Shown: one piece after another, positions 1 to 10,376 of the stretch
Numbering within the stretch: position 1 is the first letter of the stretch
Layout: every line of letters starts with the position of its first letter
Assembly (NCBI GenBank): GCA_001724265.1
Contig: MEDY01000018.1
Location: forward strand, 1-64,000
Source: Rhizaria sp. SCN 62-66
Taxonomy: Eukaryota
Reading direction: 5' to 3'
Length of the DNA stretch: 64,000 nucleotides
Translations under genes and position numbers: made by a program
The notes under the pieces: model-generated
Seen by the model: the letters and a program-made list of their open reading frames with translations, nothing else
Databases searched by the model: none
What the model was told of the DNA's origin: nothing

Positions 1-1
1 C

Positions 2-247
2 CCCGACACCGGCATTGCCCGCTCTGCCATGGACATCATGAACTCGTTCATCAACGACATCTTCGAGAAGATCGCCACCGAGGCCGGCCGCCTTGTCCGC
101 ACCACCAAGAAGGCTACCCTCTCTTCCCGCGAGATCCAGACCGCTGTCCGCCTCGTCCTCCCTGGCGAGCTTGCCCGCCACGCCGTCTCTGAGGGCACCA
201 AGTCCGTCACCAAGTACACTGCTGCCAACAAGCCCGCTTCCGCGTAA
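2..247 (+). CDS. H2B: Histone H2B (5'-truncated by the window edge)
   Basis: Translates to [28 protein letters not shown]...[32 protein letters not shown], the canonical H2B histone fold; ends TAA at 245-247. Confidence 0.97.
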   Translation, partial: PDTGIARSAMDIMNSFINDIFEKIATEAGRLVRTTKKATLSSREIQTAVRLVLPGELARHAVSEGTKSVTKYTAANKPASA

Positions 248-349
248 GTTTGTCAACCGCTCTAGTACCTGACATGACTTGTCTTCACCTCACCGATGAA
301 GATCAAAACTCAAAAAATAATCAACAAAAATCCAAACAAAATTACCCCT

Positions 350-365
350 GGCGTTTTTCAACGCC
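350..365 (+). promoter_or_regulatory. Histone mRNA 3' stem-loop (histone3-like element)
   Basis: GGCGTT-TTTC-AACGCC: a 6-bp stem with a 4-nt TTTC loop, ~100 nt after the H2B stop, preceded by an A/C-rich stretch and followed by TCCCA. Same geometry as the canonical GGCTCTTTTCAGAGCC-ACCCA. Confidence 0.85.
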
Positions 366-1428
366 TCCCATTTTCCTAGCAAACTCTCAAGCATAAAATT
401 TTACTTGAAACGAATACATTGTTGATCCTAGCACAACAAGCCTCCAGTTCTTTTGAAATAAACTATTGCTCTGATATTGTCTGAATGAAGCTGTACTTGT
501 ACTCGCTGGTATTGCTTGCTATATTCATAGATACGTTTGCCATCCTGGGTGAACACTTTGCGAACAGCCTATCTCCGTTACTACGGCGGCGCAGTCCCTG
601 GACTTGTGCGCGCTATGGAACATGACTTGGTAGACGTCGCCATGCGCGCCGCGGTTGCTAAGTTACAATGCCGAGAATATCGCATGTGTTGAGGACTGCT
701 TAGCGAAATTGACAGATCGAACCTGGGTCAGCCGCGAGATTTCGTTCACAAACTTGAAGTCAAGAATTAAAGCGATCAAGCAAAAATACAAAGAGGTAAC
801 ACATGTATTAGTAGTAGTTATACTTAAAAAGGATACGAAATCCATTGTACATACCATAATTTCTTCACCATACTCAATGCAAAGACGCTTCAAGTCATGA
901 CATAAGATACAATATTCAATGCACTCAGCCCATCTTTCATGCAAAGATGTGTTCAACTTATAAAGGCTGTCAATAGCCTTTGGCACCGACATATTGTCTG
1001 GATTTCCTGCGTGAGCACGCCGAGACCTCTCCTCGTACATCTTCAAGGCCCTCCTGCCACACGGTTCACATGACATTTACGGACAACATCCATACACCAA
1101 GACAATCATATGAACTTAGTAAGCTTTTCAGTCAAAGTAAAGAAAATATCACATTAAGTTATCGTCAGATCAGACTGTGTATTAACAGCATGTGCGATGA
1201 TCAAGTTGGAGCAAAATAGTAGTTGCGGCTGAGAAGCGGTTCATGGCGGCGTATCTGCAAAGTTAGCTTGCTATCACAAACAAAAATACTGTTCGCCATG
1301 GTTCAGGCTACAATGTACGTGTACATGTAAATACGTGCCTTCTTAACTCATATAAGTAATTACTTGACCTAGCGGGATTTGTTTTTTGAATGATCCATGC
1401 AATTAATGTTTTCTTGAGTAACTAGCGC

Positions 1429-4400
1429 TCACATCACACGCCGCGCCGGTGTCGCAGCAGAGGACCGCGCCACCGCAGTGACATTGGTCGTCCACCATCC
1501 GTTATTCGCGTTATTCCCAGCGTACCCACCGCCCGCAGCAGCGCCCCCACCATAAACCCCGGCCGCCGCGCCGTACGCAGTGTGTGGGAACGGGTTGGTG
1601 TACGGCGTGGCAGGGACATGGGTGTAATGCTGGTGATGAGAGTGATGACCGTAAGCAACCGCAGCTAAACTACCAGTAGACCCAACAGCAGCGGGGAATG
1701 CGTGTGAGTGCGCTGCGGAGGAGTACATCGGCGTGAAGTGACTGGACGCACCACCGCCATTGACTGCAGCAGAAGCAGTAGAGTGACTGTGCGAGTACAC
1801 ATGAGTAGGTGTGCTGAGAGTCACGTGCTGCTGCTGCTGCTGTTGCAAATACGGATACTGCTGTTGTTGAGAGTGTACTGTCGGTGGCACATACGGCCCC
1901 GTTCTGTAAGTACTCTGCCCCGGCGCAATGTAAGCGCCCTGTCCGGGAGCCATGTAACTCGCTTGGCCATGAGAAATCTCCCTCGTCGTGCACGCTGGCG
2001 GCTGCGCCCACCTGTTTCTACCGCCACCAGCAGCGGCTGCAGTGGCAGACGCAGAATTGCCGAGAGCGGCGGTGTTTGGGCCGAGCCCCACTAGCCCTGC
2101 ACTGGCAGGCAAACCCGTCACCGCTGCCGCGGCGGCTGCGGTGGCGCCCGCGTGGGCGTTGGCGCGTACCGTTGCCCATAGTAAAGAGGCGGGGTCGGCG
2201 GGCTGCTGCGCGGGCCGCGGTTGCGGACGCAGGGGCGGGCCGATCGCAGCGGTGGCAGAGGTTGCGGCAACGGGCGCATGCTGACCATACTGCTGCTGCT
2301 GCTCTTGGTGCTGGTGCTGGTGTTGCTGCTGCTGCTGATGTAAGTGCAGTTGTTGTTGTTGCTGTTGTGGTTGTTGTTGTTGTTGTTGTTGATAGTGCAG
2401 AGTCGAGTCGGTGACGTTGGTAGCGGCCACAGTTGGTTCAGGCAATTGAGTCTCTGGCACGGCACCATGTTCTAGCTGCTGACTGAGCAAGTGGTCGGAC
2501 GCAGGAGTCTCTGCGACTTCGTTCTTAGACTCAAAGTCAAGCCGCCTCTGGATCCCACCGTCCTCGTTGCCCTCAGATGCGGCACCAGGAGGCGCTGCGA
2601 CTGCGGCAGCGGAAGCACGCCGGGGGGACCAGATCACAGCTGCGAGCCCCGGCGCGGGCACAAACGAAGCAGCTGCTCCAGTCGCCACGAGATTAATATC
2701 TCCTGCCGATCGAGAGCTGGAACCGGTGGGGACGCACGTCGACGATGCCGCCGAGACCTTGCCTGGCAAAGTGAAATCGGTCCTGAGGGAACTAGGAACC
2801 GAGGCGAGCTCTAGCGTGAGCGGCACACGGTGCGGTGACAGCGCGCAAAGCGAAGACGTGACCGCGGGCACCACATGTACCGGCCGCGACCCAACGGTTT
2901 CAGCGGGAACACGTGCGAAGCGGTGCGGTGAGTTGCACTCGGTGACTGTGGCGCAGCCGATGCCAGCGGCAAGTGCAGCGGCTGCGGTGGCGCTGTGGTG
3001 GGACGCCAGCGATAAGGCCTGGGTGCCCACGGTCACTGAGTTGCTCACGGTCACGGGCACACCGTTGCGCAGCACAGCCACAGCAGGCGCGAACGCAGAC
3101 GCGGGCTGACTGCTGTGCATGCGGCTCAGGGGAGCATAGCTCTGGGGATATGCAGCAGTTGTCGTGTTCACAGGCTGGCTGGTGTTGAAATGCGGCGTCT
3201 GCATCGTATTGCTGGTGTGACCGCTGTTCGAGAACGGAGCGACAGTTGCAGGCTGTGCCACAAGGCTACTCTGTTGCGGCTGCTGCTGCTGTTGCTGATG
3301 ATGATACGGGTAGCTCTGCGGGTCAGAATGCTGAGTCTGCTTTGAAGCAACAGTTGCAGGCGCATCTGAAGCATACACAGCGTTATTAACACCAGCGCGC
3401 AGCTTAAAGGGACTTTCGAGCGTCGACACAACATATGCAGTACTCCCAGGCACAACATGTGAAGATGCAGTGTTGTTCCTGCTATGAACATGTGCTGCCT
3501 GCGTGTCGGGTGCCGGCATATTAACGTCCTCAACAGGTGTTAGGTCATCAGTGACAATAGCGGTATCGTTGTTCGCGCTGACAGCAAGCGGCACATCATG
3601 CGTTAACGCAGGCACTAGCTTTGGCACACGCGCGCTCTGAGGATCAGGCCCACGGCTGTCAGCAGCCTCGCTCGAGTTCGCCTGCTTGCGGATGTAAGCA
3701 GCTGCAACGGCTTCGTTTGCGGCCTCACTGATCGCTGCCGCGTGATCGAGCGAGCGCTGCACGAGCACGCCGGCCTCGGACGCGACGGTGGCCGCGTGGT
3801 CGAGCGAGCGCTGCACTAGAGCACCGGCCTCGGAGGCAACGACGGCGACGACGGCGGCGGCGCGGATGCCGGCGAGGGCCGCAGCGGAGGCGGTGGCGAG
3901 GTCCGGCACGGGCAGCACGGGCACAGCGGGCATAGTGGGCACAGTCATCGCAGCAGGGGTATGCAGCGCCATTGTGACGGGCTGCTGCGAGACTGTGAGA
4001 GGGTGGGCGCTCGAGACAGAGATAGCTGCAGGGATGGTACTCTGCGCAGCGGCATCAACTGCGGCGTCATTGTTAAGTGTGGGCTTCGGACCTCCATCAG
4101 CCACTTCAGTAGCAGCGGTGGCATCAGCCGTGTCTGGCGCAAACTCGTCATCAAGGGCATAGTTGTAGTAGTCATCGTCCTCCTCTGCATTGTGAGCATC
4201 CGCGTGATCATGCGGCTCATCGACATCAATGACATCAGTCTGCAGCTGAGCGTCAGCACCAATGTTCGCGTCGTGAGCCGCAGGCTCAGTCACCGATGCT
4301 TCAGCCTGAGCGACAACTGCGTCATCGTTGGCACCGTCGCCAAAGCTGTCGTTATCGACAAAAACCTCGGCGCCAATAGCGGGCTCTTCAGCATGATCAA

Positions 4401-6306
4401 GATCGTTGTTGATTAAGTCATCATCAGCGTCGCCATCACCCTCAGCAGCCGCGAACGCTGCTTCAGCGGCAGCAGCGCTAACACCGCTGCCAAACATCCC
4501 GATATCCGGGATGCTGCGCGCAGTCGGCGCGACAGAACCTGTCTGCTTGTCCGTGTGGTCAATGCCATAAGCGGCGCCGGCCTCGGCCTCAGCATCTGCA
4601 TGTGCAGAGTCTGTCACGGGGATGCCGTCGTGGTGAAACTCAGAGTGAACGACAGTGGCCGGGTTTTCGTTCTGGTCAACACGGACAGAATCAACGCCAG
4701 CAACAGCGTCAAAGCCTGTACCAGACGCGTAAGACAGTTTTGAGTCAGCCTCACCTGCAGCAGTCTTGCTGGCGATGGCCGAGTGATCGTTGAGCTTCTC
4801 TGTGTCATTGCTGTTGCTGATGATGTTGTTTTCAATCCGAGGCGACACGCAAGATACACTGTAGTCGGCATCGGCCTCGCACGCAACAGCCGCATCCGCT
4901 GCGTCAACAAAGCCGTCGCTAGTGTAGCTGCCACAGTCGCTCCCGCTGCTGCTGCGGCGGCGGCGGTTCCAGTCGATTCTGTCCCGGTCGTCACTCTCGC
5001 TGGTTTGACGCACGAGCTCGCATGCTGAGTCGGTCAGAGAGAGCATATTGTAGTCGCGCTCGCTGCGAGCCGTGTTGACGTTGCTGTTATAGCCGTGGCT
5101 GTCGGCTCCGTCGCCGCGCGCGCTCGACGGCGGCGGGTTCAGCTCAAACACAAGCGCAGGCACCTTCGAGACCGCGGTGTTTCCGGCGGTATGCGGGATC
5201 GTAAAACCCGCCGGACCGCTCGCGGCGGCGTTAGTCGGCGCAAACACGTTGTTGCTGACAATGTCACCGCCGTATCCGCCCGCGAGTGACGCCACGATGG
5301 CGTTGGCGAGGGCGGAGAAGCGCGCCGACTCCGGCCCCGAGTGGGGATCAAGCGCCGCTGTCGCTTGAGGCAGTGGAGCGGGCGGCGACTGTGACGGCGC
5401 GCTGCTCAGAGCAGAGATGGACCGTGCGCTGGACACAGGGGCGGAGTCGGGACTAACGCGCAGTGCAGGCAGCGGCTGTGGCTGCTGCTTCTGCGGCTGC
5501 TGCTGTGGGTGGGCCGGCTGGTGTGAAGCACTGTGCTGCGAGTTGGATCTGGACATCGCGCGCGAACCGGCTTGCGACTGCACCTGCGACTGTAACTGTG
5601 AGTTTGACGTGCTATTGGCGCTGCTGTTAGAGTTACTTGTCATAGTGTTCGCAGAACGCAGTGGAGCCAGTGTGTTGGCGCGGGTGGTGGGCGCCAAACC
5701 GGCTGACGGCGACGGGGCAGCGCCGCCAGACCCGCTGTTACTAGGACTGGGGCTGTAGGCGATGTTCAAGCCGCTGGCGGGGTGGTGGCTCGAGTTGGCG
5801 GACGAGAAGCTTGAAGCAGGGCCGTACGTTGTTGATGCACCGGTACTGCCTGGACCGGCTCCAGCAGAATTGGGCTGAGCAGGAGAGAACGGAAAGTCCA
5901 CGGTGTAAGACCCGGGGCCCGCGTAGGGCGTCGCGGACTTTGCGGCGGCAGCGCTGAAGGTCGGCTGGCCGCTCACTTCAGGGTTGTTAGTCGAGCTTGA
6001 GAAAGGACGCGAAGGTGAATGAAACTCAATTCTAACGCCGCTCTCAAGCACACGGCGTGCGGACATCGTGGCATCGTCGGGGTCATCGCTGTAGTCCGCG
6101 TCGCAGTACCCGGCGGGGTTGGTATGAACCGAGCCGGTTGCAGGGGCGTTGTTGTAGTGTGACGAGGAAGCGTAGTTTGCATTGTGCGCTGAGAGGTCAC
6201 CGGGAAGAACGCTGGGAAGTGTAAGACTGCGCGGGGGCTCAGACAGAAGCGCGTCTATGTCATATTCGGCCAGTGTGGTAGCGCCAAATACGGAAGAAGA
6301 ACTCAT
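1429..6306 (-). CDS. Hypothetical low-complexity protein (Ala/Ser/Pro/Gln/His-rich, ~1625 aa)
   Basis: Single long ORF; first ATG (MSSSSVFG) at 6306; ends TGA at 1429-1431; poly-Q, acidic and Ala-rich tracts; no recognisable domain. Confidence 0.75.
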   Translation of the reverse strand: MSSSSVFGATTLAEYDIDALLSEPPRSLTLPSVLPGDLSAHNANYASSSHYNNAPATGSVHTNPAGYCDADYSDDPDDATMSARRVLESGVRIEFHSPSRPFSSSTNNPEVSGQPTFSAAAAKSATPYAGPGSYTVDFPFSPAQPNSAGAGPGSTGASTTYGPASSFSSANSSHHPASGLNIAYSPSPSNSGSGGAAPSPSAGLAPTTRANTLAPLRSANTMTSNSNSSANSTSNSQLQSQVQSQAGSRAMSRSNSQHSASHQPAHPQQQPQKQQPQPLPALRVSPDSAPVSSARSISALSSAPSQSPPAPLPQATAALDPHSGPESARFSALANAIVASLAGGYGGDIVSNNVFAPTNAAASGPAGFTIPHTAGNTAVSKVPALVFELNPPPSSARGDGADSHGYNSNVNTARSERDYNMLSLTDSACELVRQTSESDDRDRIDWNRRRRSSSGSDCGSYTSDGFVDAADAAVACEADADYSVSCVSPRIENNIISNSNDTEKLNDHSAIASKTAAGEADSKLSYASGTGFDAVAGVDSVRVDQNENPATVVHSEFHHDGIPVTDSAHADAEAEAGAAYGIDHTDKQTGSVAPTARSIPDIGMFGSGVSAAAAEAAFAAAEGDGDADDDLINNDLDHAEEPAIGAEVFVDNDSFGDGANDDAVVAQAEASVTEPAAHDANIGADAQLQTDVIDVDEPHDHADAHNAEEDDDYYNYALDDEFAPDTADATAATEVADGGPKPTLNNDAAVDAAAQSTIPAAISVSSAHPLTVSQQPVTMALHTPAAMTVPTMPAVPVLPVPDLATASAAALAGIRAAAVVAVVASEAGALVQRSLDHAATVASEAGVLVQRSLDHAAAISEAANEAVAAAYIRKQANSSEAADSRGPDPQSARVPKLVPALTHDVPLAVSANNDTAIVTDDLTPVEDVNMPAPDTQAAHVHSRNNTASSHVVPGSTAYVVSTLESPFKLRAGVNNAVYASDAPATVASKQTQHSDPQSYPYHHQQQQQQPQQSSLVAQPATVAPFSNSGHTSNTMQTPHFNTSQPVNTTTAAYPQSYAPLSRMHSSQPASAFAPAVAVLRNGVPVTVSNSVTVGTQALSLASHHSATAAAALAAGIGCATVTECNSPHRFARVPAETVGSRPVHVVPAVTSSLCALSPHRVPLTLELASVPSSLRTDFTLPGKVSAASSTCVPTGSSSRSAGDINLVATGAAASFVPAPGLAAVIWSPRRASAAAVAAPPGAASEGNEDGGIQRRLDFESKNEVAETPASDHLLSQQLEHGAVPETQLPEPTVAATNVTDSTLHYQQQQQQQPQQQQQQLHLHQQQQQHQHQHQEQQQQYGQHAPVAATSATAAIGPPLRPQPRPAQQPADPASLLWATVRANAHAGATAAAAAAVTGLPASAGLVGLGPNTAALGNSASATAAAAGGGRNRWAQPPACTTREISHGQASYMAPGQGAYIAPGQSTYRTGPYVPPTVHSQQQQYPYLQQQQQQHVTLSTPTHVYSHSHSTASAAVNGGGASSHFTPMYSSAAHSHAFPAAVGSTGSLAAVAYGHHSHHQHYTHVPATPYTNPFPHTAYGAAAGVYGGGAAAGGGYAGNNANNGWWTTNVTAVARSSAATPARRVM
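3737..3843 (-). repeat. 54-nt (18-aa) tandem duplication within the CDS
   Basis: Two copies of VASEAG(A/V)LVQRSLDHAA; the DNA units start at 3737 and 3791 on the + strand. Confidence 0.85.
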
Positions 6307-6775
6307 CGCCGTGAGCGTGAAGTGCTGCGCGAGGCAGGAAAGCCGGGGCAAAGGGGGGGCTGTCGGGAAGGCGCGCTATCAAAGAAAGAAAGATATGTGG
6401 GCTCATGAGTTTGTGGCAAAGGGGTTTCATTTAATTATAAGTACTAAACGTAGTATATAAGTACGTTCACGTGATGAAATCGCAATTGCACGGATGTCGG
6501 TCGACTTCTACATTGTGCAAGGTACGCCTATCATGTGCCCACTCGATGCTGTCGTCTCGTGGTCGCTAGCCGTTGGCCACACTGGCGTTTCATTGGAGCC
6601 TAACTTTGCGACTATGTACAGCTATGTATTGATCGTCAATAGCAACTATATGCTGACATTATTATTTCAACAGTGCCTGCCTATGTTTTCTATATAAGAA
6701 CACTTCATAAGTATATCTATATCTTCGCACCTCATCGCTTTTGTCGCAACCCGATCTACGACAGTTTGCGCGGAA

Positions 6776-7975
6776 ATGTTCCCGGTGTTCACCACGCCCA
6801 TCCTCATTGCCGGCGTCATGGTTCTCGCATACCGTGGCTTCAAGGCCCACAAAAACAACGATGAGGCCGGCCAGACGATGTTCTTGAAGAGCTTCATGCT
6901 TCTGGCTTTCATCCAGTGCGCCGAGACGGCGACGGACATGTTGTCTTGGGTCCCCGGCTACTCCATCGTCAAGACGCTCCTGCTCTTCGCTGTCGTCTTC
7001 CCCACCGAAACCACCCAGCGCATCCTTTACAACGACCGCCTGGCGCCCCTCATTGCGTCTACCTCGGCCAAGATCGGTGACCGCCTGACCGCAGCCCGCG
7101 CCTCCGTGAGCACCGCTGCGCTCTCCCGCGCCACCGCGCTCTGCCACTGGTTGCTCACCGAAACCGACTGTGTTCGCTACGTCTCGGCCGAGGAGCTTGC
7201 GTCGTTGTCGGACGTCACAGCCGCTGTGACGCAGAAGGTGAAGAGCGAGAACACGCGGCGTCTCCGCGCGTCTCTCCCCACCGCCGTCGCTGGTACCTCG
7301 TCTTCTCCAGCCAAAACGACTGTGATCACGATCAGCGCGATCGATAGCAGCATCGGTAGCCGCCCTGCTGCTGCACCCGCTTTCCTTGCTGACAGTGTGA
7401 AGCTCTCGACCGCGCAGTTTGCCGCGGACACCTCTGCCATGCCCGCGTCTGACGCTGCTGCCGTGGCCAACGCTGCTCTATACGCCCGCACCAGCCGCAG
7501 CTCCGGCACTGTCGCTTCCTCCGCCACTGCTCCTTCTTCTGCTGCTGTTGTTTCTGCTGCTGCTGCTTGTGCTGTTGTGGACACCGCTCCTAGTCCTGGC
7601 GACTTATCGGTTGCTGCTGACGTTGTTGTTGCTACTGCTCCCGTCTCAGTGGAGGTCGCGTCCGCTACCGTGGCTGTGGAGGGCGTCGCGGGCCCCGCTT
7701 CCGCTGTCGCTGCGGCGAACACTGTCACCAACACTGATTACGGCAGCGACTACGATGCCGCTGAGCACGACGAGAACGTCGCCCCTCTCCGCCCGCGCGT
7801 CGCCGCTGCGCCGCTGACTGTGAGCAAGCGGTCTGCGTCGGTGCTGAACAACAACGCAAACCCGCCAAGCGCTGCCACTGGTGACGCCAGTGCCGGTGGT
7901 AGTGTTGGCGGTGCGATTGCGGCCAAGAACGTCGCTTTACGCGCTACCCGCCGCACCCGCATGTCTATGATGTAA
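6776..7975 (+). CDS. TB2/DP1/HVA22 (REEP-like) membrane protein with Ala/Ser-rich tail
   Basis: N-terminal hydrophobic segments plus ETATDMLSWVPGYSIVKTLLLFAVVFP...ILYNDRLAP, resembling the HVA22/REEP W-x-P-x-Y-x-x-x-K...P...Y...P pattern; ends TAA. Confidence 0.65.
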   Translation: MFPVFTTPILIAGVMVLAYRGFKAHKNNDEAGQTMFLKSFMLLAFIQCAETATDMLSWVPGYSIVKTLLLFAVVFPTETTQRILYNDRLAPLIASTSAKIGDRLTAARASVSTAALSRATALCHWLLTETDCVRYVSAEELASLSDVTAAVTQKVKSENTRRLRASLPTAVAGTSSSPAKTTVITISAIDSSIGSRPAAAPAFLADSVKLSTAQFAADTSAMPASDAAAVANAALYARTSRSSGTVASSATAPSSAAVVSAAAACAVVDTAPSPGDLSVAADVVVATAPVSVEVASATVAVEGVAGPASAVAAANTVTNTDYGSDYDAAEHDENVAPLRPRVAAAPLTVSKRSASVLNNNANPPSAATGDASAGGSVGGAIAAKNVALRATRRTRMSMM

Positions 7976-8693
7976 CCACCAATTTATTTACACACAATCA
8001 ATATCTTATCCAACATCATGTCCTCTATTTAGCCCAGATATCTCTTGATTTCATTGTTTCTCCCAGCAATAACGGAATGTGAAAGACACTTTGGTGTGTC
8101 CAGACGGTCAGTTAATATTGCTTGAAACGCATTCATCATAGTATCCAACATAACTTTTATTAATACACGAACTTGTCAAATATCTCTTCAAGTTTGATCT
8201 TATTAATATCACATAATGCAACGTGGTCCTCGTAAACAGAACAGCGCATTACTGAGTATGTACGGGTGTCCAAACGTCAAAAAACGCGATCAATCCTTTT
8301 GAGTGACGATGCTGCAAAATAAACGGATATTACTTTATTATCGACGACATAGAAACATACACGAAAAAAAAAGAAACTCCTCCAACTCTTGCTGCACTTC
8401 AACACAAGCCGCAACAAACCCAACATTACTTAACCTATTCACTTTAACACTCAAACATAGTGTCTTGCAAGGAACATACCCCAGCCAAGCCAACAAAATC
8501 AGCACGAATACTGCCTTTTTCATTGGTTGCCTCACATCCTATGTCCTTTCTTTGCTGTTTCCTGCGCTGCTAATCATAAGAGCCTTAAAGAAACTGCTCA
8601 GAAGCAATGAGTCACTCTCAACAACATGATGGTCGTCAGCTGATGAGACATCAAAACAACCTCACGCTTCCAAAGGAACTACGCACGCTCTAC

Positions 8694-9920
8694 TCACAAG
8701 TCGTAGTGCGCGTCAGTGAAATCGTCCGCGTACTGGTCATCGTTGGTGGGCACCATGAGCCGTCCCGCGAAGGACCCGCCCTTGCCGCCGCTCGCCCTGC
8801 TGCAGAACACACTGCGGACGATGCGGCCGGCGGGCGTATGCGGGAAGCAGTTGGCCAGTACCGCGGCAACGGCCGCAAAGGCAACGAGGACGAAGATGAG
8901 GAAAAGCGCGACTTTGCGGCCGCGGCGGTCCTTGCGCTCTTCCTCAGCGCCGGGGAGCACGCCGGCCGAGTCGCCCATCTCCAGGGCCGAAAAAATCTTG
9001 GGCAAGGGGTTGAAGGAGTGGAGGGTGGTCTCCTCAGCGGCCGCGGGGGCAACAGCGGGGCGCGTGCGGGTGTCGCGGCCGGAGCGGACGTCGTTGTTGT
9101 GCTCATCGAGGTGGGACTGCACGTTGTCGACGTACTTGGGCGCCTTGTCGTGGAGGTCCATGGTGGAGACGATGACAGGGGGCCGGACGGCGCGGGCCAG
9201 AGCGCGAACGCAGGTGGGCTCGAGCTTGGCGTGGTTGGCGTCAAAGCAGTCCGCAAGCACGACTTCCTGGATGAAGACGTCGCCGAGCGTGCGCAGGTGC
9301 ATCAGAGGAGTGCAGAACTGGCGCATGTCGGAGGCGCACTTGGACGCGAGCGAAGAGGAGAACTCGCGGCGGCAGTTGCGCGACAGGTGCTGCTGGTTGC
9401 GCTGAAGGCACTCGGAGACGGCGACAAACTGGAGCTCGTCCGACTCGGTCTTGCAGTAGCGCAAGACGTCCTTGGCGCAGACTTGGCCCAGCGGCGCCGA
9501 CGACAGGTGGCCGTGGAGCGTGTTTGCAGTGCCGGCGGCGGCGGGGAGCAGGCCCGCGTCACGCAGAGACGCCTGGAGCGCGTACACGGCGTCCTCGAGG
9601 TTGACAAAGCCGGCGGACTTGGCGAGGGCGTCGCCGCGGGCGGAAATCTCCGGGTCGTCGACATCGAGCGCGTCGCGGTTGTTGTCGTTGGTGATGAATG
9701 GGTGCGGCATCGTCTCGGTGAAGAACGAGTACATGTCCTTCGTCAGGGCGGTGCGGAGACCCTGCTGCGTCGTGAGGGCGTCGGAGTCGTTGCCGATGTC
9801 GTACTGCGCTGCGGTGGAGGCAGCGGCGGAGACTGAGGTAGCAGCGGCGGGAGCGACGAGGAGCGAGCACGAGGCGGCGAGCGCGGCGACCGCGAAAAGT
9901 AGGAATGCACGGAGATTCAT
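8694..9920 (-). CDS. Type I membrane protein with cysteine-rich GLG1-like repeats
   Basis: Signal peptide MNLRAFLLFAVAALAAS (ATG at 9920); repeats CAKDVLRYC...ECLQRNQQHLSRNCR and CASDMRQFC...DCFDANHAKLEPTC; one TM (VALFLIFVLVAFAAVAAVLA); ends TGA. Confidence 0.7.
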   Translation of the reverse strand: MNLRAFLLFAVAALAASCSLLVAPAAATSVSAAASTAAQYDIGNDSDALTTQQGLRTALTKDMYSFFTETMPHPFITNDNNRDALDVDDPEISARGDALAKSAGFVNLEDAVYALQASLRDAGLLPAAAGTANTLHGHLSSAPLGQVCAKDVLRYCKTESDELQFVAVSECLQRNQQHLSRNCRREFSSSLASKCASDMRQFCTPLMHLRTLGDVFIQEVVLADCFDANHAKLEPTCVRALARAVRPPVIVSTMDLHDKAPKYVDNVQSHLDEHNNDVRSGRDTRTRPAVAPAAAEETTLHSFNPLPKIFSALEMGDSAGVLPGAEEERKDRRGRKVALFLIFVLVAFAAVAAVLANCFPHTPAGRIVRSVFCSRASGGKGGSFAGRLMVPTNDDQYADDFTDAHYDL

Positions 9921-10376
9921 CGGCGCTGCGGAAAACACGGAAGACGTAACAAGAAACGAACACCGGTAGAAATAAGGCTTAGAACAAGACGGGGTTCTGA
10001 AGTCTCGAAAGCGTCTAGAAAAAGCAGCACTACACGCCAGTGCAGCCAAGACACACCTAGAAGAAAAGTTGGAGGTAGTTCGATAGGAAGGAAGCAAATG
10101 CGGATGAGTAAGAAAAGCGTTTCAGGTAAAACTCGGTTGTTATTGTACCATAAATCAATCATGCAACTAATGGACGTCTGTGTCAATGTAGAAAATGGTT
10201 GATAGATGTGCGGGATGAAGGAGCGGTCGAAGTGAGCACGGTCAGTGTCAGCCTGTGCCCGCCTCAAGCCACGATGTATCTGAAGCTATATATTGTCTAT
10301 GAATCGTGCCATCAGAATGTATTTGAGTTGTATCTCACTTGTGAACTTGGTTCTATTTAATGTGTTAATTAGAGGG

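Noticed and set aside
8607-9836. Long antisense ORFs (also 15483-16751, 23789-25906, 32609-34075, 51707-52999, 56435-57541, 58462-59559, 62263-63363)
   Set aside because: Shadow ORFs opposite GC-rich, codon-biased genes; no independent domain motifs.
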